Part shown: one piece after another, positions 47,661 to 60,467 of the stretch
Layout of the letters: every line of letters starts with the position of its first letter
Position numbering within the stretch: the stretch's first letter is position 1
NCBI GenBank assembly: GCA_030295235.1
Contig: AP026138.1
Span: 124,001 to 188,000 of the forward strand
DNA length: 64,000 nucleotides
Reading direction: 5' to 3'
From: Fistulifera solaris
Taxonomy: Eukaryota
Translations under genes and position numbers: made by a program
Notes under the pieces: generated by a model
Database searches by the model: none
Seen by the model: only the letters and a program-made list of their open reading frames with translations
What the model was told of the DNA's origin: nothing

Positions 47661-49056
47661 TCAATTGGGTCGTTTTGTCATCACTTGACTCAATCGTTTT
47701 CGTGTCATGTGATCGGACTTGGAAAGGGGATCCACGTTGTGTCGTGTGCTGCTGGAAGGAGAAACATGGTCCGAATTCGACAAGCGTTTGCAGACACTCG
47801 CTTTGCGCACCAGAGATGCCATCGGATGACTGGGCGATGGTTTGGTAGTTTTTCGACTAACGACCGATCGCTCGTCGCTGTATCTGTCAGGCTTGGACTT
47901 GCGAGTGGAGCCTGTAGTACTCTCATTGGAGTTCTTCATTTTGTTCTTCAACATGTCGTTCCCCGTCAAACTCTTGGAACGTCGACGAGTTGCTACGGAG
48001 CGGTCATCACACCGTCGACGGGGTGATACAGAGCGGTCGTCGGTGCGTTTCGAGCTCTGAACGGCACGACTTTTGACTGTTGCCGTGTCGTCGTCGACAC
48101 GACTTGTTCTCCTTTGTCGACGAGGAGATTCAATGCCTTCTAGAGTGGTGCGTCGCGGTGATACCGTTCGTCGTCGGGGAGACTCCTCGGGTCGCCGAGA
48201 CGGCTTCTCACTCGAAATTTCTTGCTTTTTCTTCACAGGCCTCTTTTGTAACACCGCTTTTGCAACATCATCTTGTCCCTGAGAGGAAGCGACCACCATC
48301 TTTTTCCCTCTTCTTTTATATTCCGAGGGATCACTCACGAGTTCACCACTGCTGCCTTTGCTTTCTTCCGAGAAATCATGCATCAGATCCAGCGACATTA
48401 CCGACGCTGGACCCTGCGCATCGGGTCGTATTGCCCGCGTTCGTCGACGAGGTGAATTCACGCGACCGAGAGATTTGACGGACATTCGTTGTCGAACTTT
48501 GATCGGCGATGCTACGACTTCGGGCTTCACTTTCTCTTTTGTCGTGCCACCTCTTTCGCCCGTGACTTCGGGGCGGTGTCACGTGGGGGAGGAAGAATAC
48601 CCGATGTGGAAGATGAAACGGAATTGTCATCATCTTCTATCTGTTGTGGTCTTTGCGAAACTAGATCGAGTGTTGCTATGGATTTCGGTTTGTTAAAAAA
48701 GTGTATGCTATCCTGAAATGCCCCAATATCACTTCCGAACAAATCTTCAAACGAGCAATTGAACTTCTCAAATGCTGTTTGACTGCTTTTGGGTTTTCCC
48801 TCTCGTTTCTTTTTTTCGATCGGCCATCGCCCCTTGCAAAAAAGCCGAGAAATTGTCTTTCGAGACGTCGGCTTGATAGAGCAAGTCCTCGATTGCCGCA
48901 GCTACGTCGTCCAGCTTCAGTTGCCCTTTGCCAAAAGTGTGGCGAGTTTCCTGCATTATCATGTTTGCCTTTTAGGTGAAGTTGGTGTTGCTCTTCAAAT
49001 GGAGCAAAAGGGCGTTTGCCTCATTCGGCCATCTTTCGGTGAGGACGTGACGACAT
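47661..49056 (-). CDS. Ser/Arg-rich low-complexity hypothetical protein (fragmented; 5' structure uncertain)
   Basis: 289-aa ORF with SPRR repeats, plus upstream same-strand ORF pieces (48527-48742, 48768-48962) that appear to join across A-runs. Confidence 0.5.
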
Positions 49057-49848
49057 AATAATTCGTGAACCAAACTGTTTTTTTTTTTCCTGTGCCATTT
49101 TCGAATGAGAATGAGCGATTAACTTTTCATGTTTTCTGAGTAATTCTGTACAGAAAGAAGAACTTAGGTTGTAAGATATGACACAATAGCTATACTGTCC
49201 CAGAATCTCAATAAGTCTTTGTTTCCCGATTAGTTCCCAAATCCCGAGGCCCAAGGTCAATAGTCAAGTAGTAATAGAATGAGGGCAATATTAAAGAAGA
49301 CACAGAAAACAGAAAGTGTAAGTTGGCCTCGCAATCCGCTTCAATAATTAACGAATACATAACGCTCTGGGCCGGTTTTTGTTCACGATTACCGATAACT
49401 GTTTTTGTGATCTGTGCACTGTGCACTATGGACTGTCATTCGGTGTGAGATGTGAGGCGTCGTCGCAGCGTCAAGAAGCAAGAAGTGAAAAGTGAAACGC
49501 CGCAAACTCCAAAACCCAAAACAGCCTGTTGTTCTCGATTTAGTTCAAAGTTCAAAAATCATCAACAGCTCTGCAGAAGTACTCGTAGACTGTAGAGAAT
49601 TATAGCCTCGCTTGAGCCTTGATACTAGGTAGCTCGTTCCTCACCACCTGTTCCATCGTCTCCACAAATGGGAGCATCAAACAGTCATTCAAAGAGCCTC
49701 TCTAGCTCAAGAGCTACTGGTACCCTTTATGAAAAGGGTTCGAAGTATTGCCTTAGTCTTAGCTATAGAGCATAAAGTGGTAAAATCTAAAAAGGTTCGG
49801 GAGATGATGTTAACGGGAGTAGAATCTTTCAAAAAACACCCTTGTCAT

Positions 49849-52804
49849 CTAGTCTTGATAAGAAACGAATGGCCTGCATTCGAATTGGTAAGGCAAGAAA
49901 CGAACGAGCAATTCAACGGGAGTAGTCTTGCTCGCTTGACGAACGCTTTCGGGCAAACATTCCCGAATCCTTTTCAAAAGATCCTCATCTGATTCTCCAA
50001 AGTCATCGCGATACCATTGGCAGATCCTTGGTAAATGAATCACAAGATCTTTGCTCTTACGAGCCGCGGTCACACACTCGAGATACAAGCGGCTCGCTGC
50101 ATCGAGCTGGCTGTCTAAATCTTTTTCGTTGAAAATGATGATGCTTTCTGGATTGCTCAGTGATCCGCAATTCAAAGCAAAGTTGATACGCCAGTCTTTT
50201 ACATTCAGTGCCAACCGGCCATAGTCAGATTTGGGAATAGCAAAGCGTGATAAAAATTGGGAAGGTGCCGACATCTTGGCTCGGATAATACAGTGTTCCA
50301 GCTCTGTCAGCGAGAAAATATCATCCCCAACTTGGTATGCCACATTGTTGAAGTAATTGATCCACACAAGACCCCAATTCGGCGGACCAAGAACAAGAAA
50401 AGCATGGGATATCATGACATGATATAAGTTCAAAAAGAAGACGAGCTTTCTTTCTTCTGTCAAATTGTTGGTTGTTGTGTCTTTCAGTAAAGCGGCAGCT
50501 TCAAGAAAAGTCCGTGTTGAATCGCCAGCCAGTGCTAGACGAAGCACGCGCGCGACAAGTTCCACGGGATCCTCATTCACGTCCAGCCGATTATGAAACG
50601 AAAAGCGTGCGCAATTCAGCAGTCTTCGATGCTTGCATCGCCACATGGTACTCTTATGCATGAATTCTTCTGCTGGGTTGTCCGAGATCATGTCACTTGA
50701 AACGTCGTCTCTTGCACATGATTGAAGACATCGTAGCCATTCGTCCCGCTGGGCCTCGTTTCGAAACATGAGGTACACAGTTCGACCAGGTGTATCAATG
50801 CTGAGAAAGAAAAACTGGAGTGCATTCGGACAGTCTTCTACAGGCAGACTCTTGACGCCTGTGATTGATGAAACCTGAAAGTGAGCTTTGCTCCGGTCGG
50901 GATGAAAAAATTCAATTCGATCTGGATAAACACGTGCCCATTCCTCGATCCAATGCCGGTCGCTGATAGCGCGAGCGATCAAGCCTTCTGTCAGTAGTTC
51001 AGTTCGTTCTCTGCTGGTTATAGCTGCAAACTTGTAATTTCGCTGTAGAAACAACTCGCCGTAGGTACTAGCCTGAACAGATTTTACTGCCTTGAGTTGA
51101 TTTAGGAGATCAGTTTTAGGATTGACCAGCATTAGTCCCAAAGCGCGCCGAGTCCATTCACTTCCGGATATGCGAGGAGAGAAGTGACTTTCCATTTGTT
51201 TCCGAATCCACTTGTTATTTCGAACAAAATCCTCACAAGCCGAAGCCGGCCACAACGCCCATGGTTCACTTTCGGTTTGAATGGCAAATACTTTGCTGTA
51301 ACCACTCCGACTCGTACACACTTCCAGCCAAAAGGGGCAGGCAACGTCGATTTGTGCCAACAGACCAATTTCGTCGTGCTGCGGAAGATGTACCTGTGCA
51401 GTATCCCGTTCACTTATATCATTTGTCATTTCCTCAGCATCAAAATAGTAATACGCATCTTCCGTACTGTCATCATCAATGGTAAAAACACCGCTTTCTC
51501 GACGTTTCAAATTTTTTTGCGTGGACTGTACCAAAACTTTGGGGCGAGTGGAGCCGGACCATCGGAAAATGTCATTGTCTTCTTCTTCTGGCTGGATTGG
51601 TTCGGTCACCGCTCCCAGATACTTCAACTGCACTCCAAACGCGTACCGCTTGTTGCGTGCAGTATGTTTTTCTTTCGGGGGAGCATCGTAGAAACAGAGA
51701 TTCACGGGAGAATCGCCCCAAAATGTCTGCAATGCCACATCTCCCGATACCGGCAACTGCACCAATTTCCATTGTGCTAAATCAATGTACATGGAAAAGA
51801 ACTCCATCGAGTACGTATCGGTCGTATTCCACGATCCCGTCGACTGTGTTTCTTTTCGAAACTGCATCGATTCCGGGGTTTCCTCCCACATATCCCCCCA
51901 AACGTGGGGGTGTTTGAGACGGTGGCGTCACGATCCATTTTTCCATGGCCGTAAATGCAGGAATGACAATGTGGGCCATTTCCTCGTCGTCGTCCGTCCC
52001 AAACGAGTAATGCACATTCGAATGAAATCGTTGCACTAATTTCAACAAGAGGCGTGCGACACCTTGTGTGACCAATCCCAATCGCATCGGTTGCAACAAT
52101 TCGGCGCCCGCGTACAAGACACCCTGTGGCACTTGGCGGAAGGTGCCTTGAATTTGCCAGACGATGCGTCGTTTCTTTTGGGCAAACAGCCGGGTATGCC
52201 AGTACGGATCTTGGTTCGGTGGAAGCGGTTTGATGACCATGAGACAGTGTCCATCGAACAACTCATTTTGAAAAGGAATGGGTTGTGTGGCATTTAGTGG
52301 AAAAGCAGTATTTGTTGTGTGAGTATTGGTTTGCGGCAGCCAGGTCGCTTGCAGCGAAGGAAGAAGTGATGGTGGACTTTTGTTGTTGCTTGTCTCATCA
52401 ATGCCTGCCAAATATCGCGCTAACGCTCGTCGTCGTTCTGTTTGTGAACAAAACGTTTCGGGTACAAATATAATTTTAGATTGACTGGGCAATCGCAATT
52501 CGGGCAATCTTGTATCGTGCAATTGGATTGTCGTCGTCGAAAGAATCGTTAACTCCGACAACACGGAAATTGCCAAACGACTGGGATGAGGACCTTGGAC
52601 TAGAAACAATGTGACGCCGTTTTCAAAGGATATAATGCAAACAGTGTCGTCAATATCTTCGCGCACAGCATTCGGGAATTGTTGTAACAAATATTGAGCA
52701 TCGTCAGAAAACTGGGGCGTCGAAAGCGTCCACATCTTCGGTGTTTGTTTTGTGTTGGATTCGGCTGCGCCATTCGTATCATTCGAGGAAGATGTATTTC
52801 CCAT
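49849..52804 (-). CDS. DUF1769 + PH-like + DUF547 domain protein, possible N-myristoylation (MGNTSS)
   Basis: DUF1769-like PIPFQNELFDG...KKRRIVWQIQGTF...TYSMEFFSMYIDL; PH-like TPGRTVYLMFRNEAQRDEW; DUF547-like FFLNLYH...FSLTELEHCIIRA...RINFALNCGS. Frameshift at a G-run near 51895. Confidence 0.75.
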
Positions 52805-53166
52805 TGTAGTTTCATTAAGTATTATCGTGCAGGTCAAAAAAGACTCAAGCAAATGAATTGTAGGCTTCTCATCATTATGGGAAAATTACGATTTTGTTTG
52901 TTGTCGTGTTGGTTTTAGAAAGCCAGCGACGCGTTTAGCTCCCAGTCACGTTTGGGGAGAACACGCAGGAACATCCCCCGCTGTGACGTCATTGAGAGCT
53001 GGTTGTTTCGCGCGACGATCTGTCCTTCGCTCGTCGGTTCTCACCGAAAAATCCGACACCGATGAAACACATCATCATCATCGCGACGATGCGACAGGCA
53101 AAGACCGCCCTTATTGTTGGCCCTTTCTTGTTGCAATTCTCATTGATAGCACTAATAAGACTCAAG

Positions 53167-54779
53167 ATGTTTCAACGATTCTCCTTCCACATCAGAAGAC
53201 TCCAACCTTCCGCTCAGAAAGCTGCACTGGCGACTGCGACTGCGGCCACTTGTTACTATTCGTTGTCTCGCCACGTTGAGCCCCACCACACCCTTTTTGT
53301 GATTCCAACGAAACTACTACTACTACGTTACTCAATTGGAGTGGCACACATGCTGTCACTACTTCGCACTATTGGGAACCGGAGACCGTCGAACAAGTCG
53401 AAGCCATCGTGCAACACTGTCAACGCCACCGCCAGACCCTTCGTCCTTTGGGTTCGGCCTTGAGTCCGAATGCCATTGGCTTTGCTTCCGAAGGAATGTT
53501 GCAAATGGCCGGATTGGATCGCATTATTCGTGTGGAAGGACAACAAGTGACGGTGCAGGCGGGGGCGCGGGTCTCGCAAGTCATCGAAGCGCTGCGAGAA
53601 CATCAATTGACGTTGCCGAATTTGGCGTCCATTGCCGAACAACAAATGGGAGGATTGATTCAAGTGGGTGCCCACGGGACGGGACGGACGTTGGCGCCGT
53701 TGGATGCATATGTGACACAACTCAAACTCGTGACACCGGCGCATCCTCGCGCTGTCACTATTACTCGGGAAGATCCCTTGTTTCACTTGTGTACCGTGGG
53801 GCTGGGATGTTTGGGTGTGGTGGTGGAAATTACAATGCAATGTGTCCCAGCTCATGAATTGGTGGAGCATACATTTGTCGTGTCACGGAAGGAAGCGATC
53901 GAACGTGTGCAGGAATGGTTGCAAGAACACAAGCATATGCGGTATATGTGGATTCCGTACACGGATTCGGTTGTAGTCGTGACGAACAATCCACGCGAAA
54001 AGTGGTCGGACGGTTCAGTTCCGACACCCACTGTCTTTTCTCGAGAGGAACAATTTCGACCATTATTGGACTTGTTACACGAACTGGATCCGGATGTGGA
54101 TGCTATCGGAATGGGATTTGGCGAATTGCGCGATGCCCTCTTGGCCTTTGATCCACTGAATTTGGAACATGTACAACGGTGCAATCGTGCGGAGGCAGAA
54201 TTTTGGAAAAGAAGTCAAGGATATCGCATTCGACCCAGTGACGAAGTACTGCAATTTGATTGTGGAGGACAGCAGTGGGTGTGGGAAGTATGTTTCCCGA
54301 CGGGTACACAAGAAGCGACGAATGGGAATGATATGGCCTACATGCAAAAGCTATTGCAGGGGATTGAAGAAACGCATCAAATACCAGCACATGCACCGAT
54401 CGAACAACGCTGGTCTGCCTCATCGCCTTCGAAAATGTCACCGGCTCATGGAGATGCGAATGGCTTGCACTCATGGGTCGGAATTATTGCGTATTTGCCT
54501 TCCGAAGATGAGCGTCAACGACGACAGATCACTGACATGTTTACTGGGATCTATTGTGATTGGATGCGTCAAGTGGGACAGCCGTTTCACGCAACGAGTC
54601 ATTGGGCTAAATTAGAACGTCCCGCATCGATGAATCGTCTTATTGATTTGCAATTGTTTTTGCAACAAAGATTTCCCTTACATGAATTCAATGCGTTGCG
54701 AGCCAAACTGGATCCGCACAATATACTGGCAAACCCATTATTGAATCTGATCTTGGGTGATCCTCGTAACCTAGACTGA
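53167..54779 (+). CDS. GLDH: L-galactono-1,4-lactone dehydrogenase (mitochondrial, ascorbate synthesis)
   Basis: Presequence MFQRFSFHIRRL; after a frameshift near 53290, LLNWSGTH; RPLGSALSPN; NLASIAEQQMGGLIQVGAHGTG; HMRYMWIPYTD; FDCGGQQWV; IPAHAPIEQRW; HWAK; LDPHNIL. Confidence 0.93.
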
Positions 54780-54892
54780 ATAAAGAAGGGGTGCTATTAT
54801 ATTTAGTTTTATTCCAAAAATGGGAATCCTTTGCACACAAAAAAGTCTCCGAACACAAAACGTACTAACCCATACAATAGAACGATATACTG

Positions 54893-56161
54893 TTACAATA
54901 TCTTTGGTATCGTCCCAGCTTGCTCGAGCATATCCATCGATGTTCGAAACATTTCAGCGTACATGGAAATATCGGGCCCCTCGGGTGCGATGTCGCCATT
55001 GTCGTCGTTTCTTTGTTTCTCGGAGGCTTTTTCAATTTTGGAAAGCCGTGTCTTCCATTCAAGATCCCTCCACGTCAACTCACTGGTCGAATCATCGCCA
55101 TCTTTAGTTTCTTGTTGTAAAGTTTCCAAGATTAGGCGTTGCAAAATTCGATCCGCGCCATTGTTTTTCCACATTTTCCCGAAAGTGCTACAGTATTCAA
55201 TAGCTTCTTCCAAAGAACTTTGTGGAATGTCATCCGCTTCTTGCAATTCATCCTGATATTCAAATACTTGATCAAAAGTGTCATAAAATGCTAAATAAAA
55301 CGCACCAAACGGATTGTTCCGTATGGCCGCTACCATGCGTGCGTCCGGAGAACGCTGCAATTCGACCGCCAACCAAGCAGCCGAAAAGACCCACCAGACG
55401 TCGTCGGACGGAGGATGCTGTTCCAGAAATTGTTCCGCCTGTGGATAGTCTTCTTGATCCATATACCATTGCAAAATATCACGTGGTGCGGTCGTCCATT
55501 GCACCGCATGCAGTCGTTCCAACGTCATGCATTCTTGCCAATACGGAATGGGACTATTGTTACTACCACCACCCATTTCGACTTGCAAATGACCACATTG
55601 CATCAACGTAGACAGGTACTCCCGCAACACTGACGCCGCGCGTTCTTCTTTTGTTGGCAAGGGCGTTTGTAATAAATTTTGGAGACGCGATTGTTTCGAC
55701 TTATAATCGTCGTGCGCTTTTTGATGAGGACATTGATAACGAGTATCAAAATCGTACACCAAATGAGCCGGACGAGCGGCACCTTTTAGTTGCCATGTTT
55801 CGGGACCCGGCCGAACCCATTTCTTCTTTTTTATGCCTTGTTCTTGCTCTTGTAATAGCAACAATTGCTTCTTTTCCTCTTCTTCTTCTTTACGCTGCAA
55901 TTCGGCTTCCACCACCGGATCCCATTGCATCAATCGTTCTTTCAATTGTTCCCTCATTCGACTCGTCTTCGTAAAATGCAATTTGACTCGTAATTGTTGT
56001 CGTTTGTCGAACGTATCGTGCGTCAACAACGCCGTTCGTTCGTGTCGACGCGTGTGTTTCGCATCCTCGCGTTGTCGTTTCTTCCGTTCGTTGTGTTCGG
56101 CATGATCGGCCGCCGACCAATTGCCTTGTTGTTTCCGTTTCGTTCCTTTGGATTTGGGCAT
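54893..56161 (-). CDS. Conserved hypothetical protein (basic N-terminus, helical C-terminus)
   Basis: Long clean ORF with RPGPETWQLKGAARPA...YDFDTRY and SLEEAIEY. Confidence 0.75.
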   Translation of the reverse strand: MPKSKGTKRKQQGNWSAADHAEHNERKKRQREDAKHTRRHERTALLTHDTFDKRQQLRVKLHFTKTSRMREQLKERLMQWDPVVEAELQRKEEEEEKKQLLLLQEQEQGIKKKKWVRPGPETWQLKGAARPAHLVYDFDTRYQCPHQKAHDDYKSKQSRLQNLLQTPLPTKEERAASVLREYLSTLMQCGHLQVEMGGGSNNSPIPYWQECMTLERLHAVQWTTAPRDILQWYMDQEDYPQAEQFLEQHPPSDDVWWVFSAAWLAVELQRSPDARMVAAIRNNPFGAFYLAFYDTFDQVFEYQDELQEADDIPQSSLEEAIEYCSTFGKMWKNNGADRILQRLILETLQQETKDGDDSTSELTWRDLEWKTRLSKIEKASEKQRNDDNGDIAPEGPDISMYAEMFRTSMDMLEQAGTIPKIL

Positions 56162-56536
56162 ACTATTAGCAGAGAAACAAGACGAGGATTTCCGCTTTGA
56201 TTGAACAAGATAGTCATCGTTATAAGACAACAAATAAAAATGGCGCGATTATTTTCGTGGTTCGTGGTGTTCGTTCGTGACGGGTGACAGACAGGCATTT
56301 ATTGATGACGCAGGATTCGGGACCCTTTGCGTCCCGGCAGCGCAAAGAGGAGCAATAAGGTCTTGCACACTTTTAACTTGCAACCAAGCAATCATCAGCT
56401 TCCATCCAGTACGGGTCTAGTGTGAGAAAATTAAATGTCTTTCTCGCTCTACATTAAATATCTGCATCTGGATATTCTATCGTTAGAACTAAAATGTAAT
56501 CCCTCTCTATCAAGAACTAATATGGCATCGGATGCT

Positions 56537-57697
56537 TCAAATCACATTTTTGTAATCCGGAGTATCCCGAAACTGGCCAGGCGAATGGATACTGTGAAGA
56601 TTTATGGGATGATTGGAAGCATCATCCAAGTAGCTATCACTCAAGTCCTCATCATCGTGAAATTCCCGATGACGATGATGATGATTCTTCCGAGGGAACC
56701 AGGTACGATTTTGAAACTTGGCCACGGCCCGGCGTGTAAACGCATGGTAGCGCCATCGACGGGATCGACATTTCCGGCGGTACAAAAACATCCCACCCAT
56801 CGCTAATAAAACAAGCAACACCGAAACGACCCACAAAGCCGTTCTTCCAGAAGATGAAACAATGATATCGTCGGGTGCCAAAGATGCTCGAACATCACAA
56901 GAAGGACCCGTCCATCCGGAAGGACATTGACAGAATCGGAGGATCATACCGTGATCGTTTCTCGTCTCTCGACATGTCCCATGATTGTAACATCGAAATC
57001 CTTCGTTGCAATTTTCGTACGGCGTTTCACACAATCGGCCCGTGAAATATCCCATACACCGACAAGTAAATTTGGGTTTGCTTTTGTCGTTACTATCTTG
57101 TGTCGAACGACAAATACCGCCATGTTGACAAGCCAGAGGACAAAAGTGTTCACAGCGCGAGCCAGTGTACCCATCGGCGCAGACGCATTGCAAAAAGGTT
57201 CCTTGCCCTGTTTCTGTATAGCGACAGGTACCTCCGTGGAGACATTGAGCGTTGCTGTTGCAGGTTTGGTGTAATATTGGAGATTCACTCGTAGCGACGG
57301 GTAAAAGAGCGAATATCAGGGCGATCGGTATTCGACGGAACGAATTCTTCGTCGTTTGTTGCGGTCTTTTTCTAACATCTGTTGCACTGTGGAGATTCAC
57401 TGACCCAAAATGGTTGCCATTGTTGTTACTTGTGGCGTTGCTGTGGCAAGGCTGCTTTAGTGGATTGCAACATTCTTCATGGCAATCATCTTCCTTTTTC
57501 TCTCCAACGAATGTCTTTCGGTGGCGGCATTCAACGGATCGATCGCGGCTCGCGGCCCGAGTGAAATGCGGTGAGACGTCCGATTGTACACTCTGTGCAT
57601 GTGTTCGACACACGAAAACCGGACTCGTTCCACAAGAAGCAAGACTCAATCGTCCAAAGAAGAGACCGGATTCGTTTGTACACTCTACTATCAGCAT
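56537..57697 (-). CDS. EGF-like repeat single-pass membrane protein (start uncertain)
   Basis: Three EGF-like repeats (CLHGGTC..CVCADGYTGSRC; CQHGGIC..CRCMGYFTGRLC; CYNHGTC..CQCPSGWTGPSC), preceded by hydrophobic IPIALIFALLPVA and followed by TM ALWVVSVLLVLLAMGGMFLY. Confidence 0.8.
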   Translation of the reverse strand: MLIVECTNESGLFFGRLSLASCGTSPVFVCRTHAQSVQSDVSPHFTRAASRDRSVECRHRKTFVGEKKEDDCHEECCNPLKQPCHSNATSNNNGNHFGSVNLHSATDVRKRPQQTTKNSFRRIPIALIFALLPVATSESPILHQTCNSNAQCLHGGTCRYTETGQGTFLQCVCADGYTGSRCEHFCPLACQHGGICRSTQDSNDKSKPKFTCRCMGYFTGRLCETPYENCNEGFRCYNHGTCRETRNDHGMILRFCQCPSGWTGPSCDVRASLAPDDIIVSSSGRTALWVVSVLLVLLAMGGMFLYRRKCRSRRWRYHAFTRRAVAKFQNRTWFPRKNHHHRHREFHDDEDLSDSYLDDASNHPINLHSIHSPGQFRDTPDYKNVI

Positions 57698-57914
57698 TAT
57701 AATATAATCTGTATGTATGAAAACCGGTATGTCAATCCTATGACTACACTTTTGTATCGACTTTATGCGAGATTGGACAAGAACAAAAACTGGTCTCCAA
57801 CAAGGCGGAGACGCTTGATTTTTTTCCCATTGCACTTCATCACTTTTCTTCTCATAAAAAGAAAAGATCATCATTCTTTTAGTCTATCAACTCATCAAGC
57901 AACGAAACAAAACC

Positions 57915-58998
57915 ATGGCAGGTGACGACTTGGATTTAATGCTCCAACATGAATGCTTCCCCACCATGGTCGAGCTCACGCTCCTGATCCAACAAGGATA
58001 TCAGGCCATCCGCGATCGAACAGGACGGACCTATACATCCCAACAAAAGCTCCCAAAGAGTAGCTTGACCTTGGACGAAACCATGAAGGCCACGCTTCAC
58101 ATGCAACAAAAGCTCCTCTCCAATCCCAAAGTCCCACGAACCGTCGTTCGTCGTCGGCAATATCCCATCACCGATGCCATTATCGATGACTCATTGCGCA
58201 TCCTCCGACGAGAATATGATGACATTCAAAACTATGAACAAGACCCGAAAGCCGCACAATCGGTCCACGAACCATCATTGAAGAAGAAAGGGTCCAAAAG
58301 GAAGCCATCGCCATCAAGTATGCCAAGTGGCAGACCGATATTCTCATGAAGTGGATGGTCGATCACAGTGAAGAACCCTTTCCCGATCAAACCGCGATTG
58401 CCCAACTCATGTCTCAAACAGGTTTATCGCAATCGCAAGTCGTCAATTGGACCACGAATGTGCGAAAGCGCAACAAAAAGGCCACTTGCCAAGGCGGAAA
58501 GAAACCCCATCACTTTATTGACTTTATGTTTCTCGTTCAAGAACGAGAGCAACAACACCAACTGGGACCGCCGCGTCGGAAAAGTTGGCGACACCGGCTT
58601 CCCGCCGTGCGGCGGCCATGGTGTCTCCCTCATCGCAGTGCAGTGCAAACTCGTTTCCTTTGGAAGACGACGATGTCTTGCTCATCGAAGATCCCGAAAC
58701 GGAATTGATGCAAGAATTTGCCAGCACGTGGCTCAAAAATGAACAAGAATCAACGGAACCGTGGTTGGTAGACGAGGACGTACCACTTGGTGATGCCTTT
58801 GAAGAGTTCATGGCCGAAACGTATCAGCCTCCGCACTTGCTACCGAGCGTCACCGATGACAGCACCGAGCAGGACATGGTGGGTCTAAAGCGGTCTCGAT
58901 CCTTCGATATTGATGACAGCGAAGTAGACAGCGACTTTGAGGAATGGGTTCAATCCTTCGATTTGAATGAAATGGATCTGGAGATGGAAATCGCGTAA
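57915..58998 (+). CDS. TALE-class (KN-type) homeobox transcription factor
   Basis: YAKWQTDILMKWMVDHSEEPFPD...TGLSQSQVVNWTTNVRKR. Three ORF pieces are joined by A-run frameshifts near 58298 and 58582, and the C-terminus is acidic. Confidence 0.85.
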
Positions 58999-59150
58999 TC
59001 TTTGTCTGTGTGTGACAGTGAAAGTATAGAAATAAGTTTTAAATGTTTTTCACAGAAAACGAGGCGTACTCGAGTGCAGCGTAGTACCAGTAGTATGATG
59101 CAATGGGCATTCGGCAACTTGGTCGCTCTCTTCTTTCTCGGTGTCACTTT

Positions 59151-60467
59151 TTATTCTGTATTATTCTTTTTCGTCGTCGGCACCAACGAACTCCAATCTT
59201 TCCCCAAATACACCGTGACCGTCTTGAGACGCGCATTGAGATAATGCTCTTCCCATAAACAAATCCCCCGATATCCCGCCAAAATCGCGGCGTGTCCAAC
59301 ACTTTGTCGTTTCGTATTCCGTGGCACATCGTACAAGACATGGGGTGTCACTGAAGCCGCGAGACGCAACAATTCCACCCCATTGACACAATTGCTATCA
59401 TCAACGGCATGATTGAATTGCGCCCGACGTTCTTGTTTGCGTTGATTCGTCGCAATAAACGAATCAAAGAAATCGTCTTGGACGGTCGTTACATTGGCCC
59501 GTCGCGGACGTTCAATTTTCATTTGGTGCTCGAGATCGTATCCGTGTTTCCCAAACAAGACTTCATAATCCACACCACCCCAGGGTGGATCCATAAAGAT
59601 GGTATCAATGGTTCGCGGCAGCAAATCAATGCCCCCAATTTGGTATCCCTCATACACTTCGGTCGCGACCGGCGGTGGCATGGCTTCCATGAGCGCTTGC
59701 GCTTGTTGAGGACACGCAATGGGTTGATCCAGTATGAATTCTCCATTCTTGTAACAGTATTCCAACAAAAATAAGACATTGCATTCAATAAAGACGAGTC
59801 GGTGTGCCGGAATTCCGTACAGACGGGCGTTGTGGGCGGCTTTCCGCAACTTCTGACGATCCACATCGACCGCCACGACTTGTTCCGCCACCACAGAAGC
59901 AAATTGAATCGCATTTCCACCACATCCACAAAAGGCATCTAGTAAGACGCGGGGAGCATACTGCTGCAAAGTAAATTGCGCGACATGTTGCGCAATTTGT
60001 TCCGGTGTCACCGAAAACCATCCTTCTTCATCCAATTGAATGCCTTGATCGAATTTATGAAACAACCGGTGTCGTTGATTCCAATATTTGGTAATGGCCG
60101 GTAAAGGTGATGGCTTCGTCGTATCCATAACTTGCAATTGCCTCCAAAACGGTGCAGGTGTGGTGGGTGTCGGCGGAATCCGAGCAATGGCAATGGAACC
60201 GGAAGGAATGGAAGACGAAGAAGAAGGATCAAAGGAATACGGTGTCAGCAGAGGAATAGGATGAAGATCCAGTGTCGTAGTAATTTCGTGTGTCGGAACA
60301 AAACCAGAATCATACAAGTCTACACGAGTCACTAATACGGACATGGCGTGTGGTTGATGCGGATGAAACGGAGGTGTTCGAGGAGGCGGCGGAGTGTGAT
60401 GGTGGTTGTGATGATGAGTGTTGTTGTGACGTCCTTTGACATCGTTTCCTCGTGGCGGAGTCGACAT
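59151..60467 (-). CDS. TGS1: Trimethylguanosine synthase (RNA cap guanine-N2 methyltransferase)
   Basis: KYWNQRHRLFHKFDQGIQLDEEGWFSVTPEQIA, LDAFCGCGGNAIQFA, HNARLYG and FMDPPWGG. Confidence 0.93.
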   Translation of the reverse strand: MSTPPRGNDVKGRHNNTHHHNHHHTPPPPRTPPFHPHQPHAMSVLVTRVDLYDSGFVPTHEITTTLDLHPIPLLTPYSFDPSSSSSIPSGSIAIARIPPTPTTPAPFWRQLQVMDTTKPSPLPAITKYWNQRHRLFHKFDQGIQLDEEGWFSVTPEQIAQHVAQFTLQQYAPRVLLDAFCGCGGNAIQFASVVAEQVVAVDVDRQKLRKAAHNARLYGIPAHRLVFIECNVLFLLEYCYKNGEFILDQPIACPQQAQALMEAMPPPVATEVYEGYQIGGIDLLPRTIDTIFMDPPWGGVDYEVLFGKHGYDLEHQMKIERPRRANVTTVQDDFFDSFIATNQRKQERRAQFNHAVDDSNCVNGVELLRLAASVTPHVLYDVPRNTKRQSVGHAAILAGYRGICLWEEHYLNARLKTVTVYLGKDWSSLVPTTKKNNTE

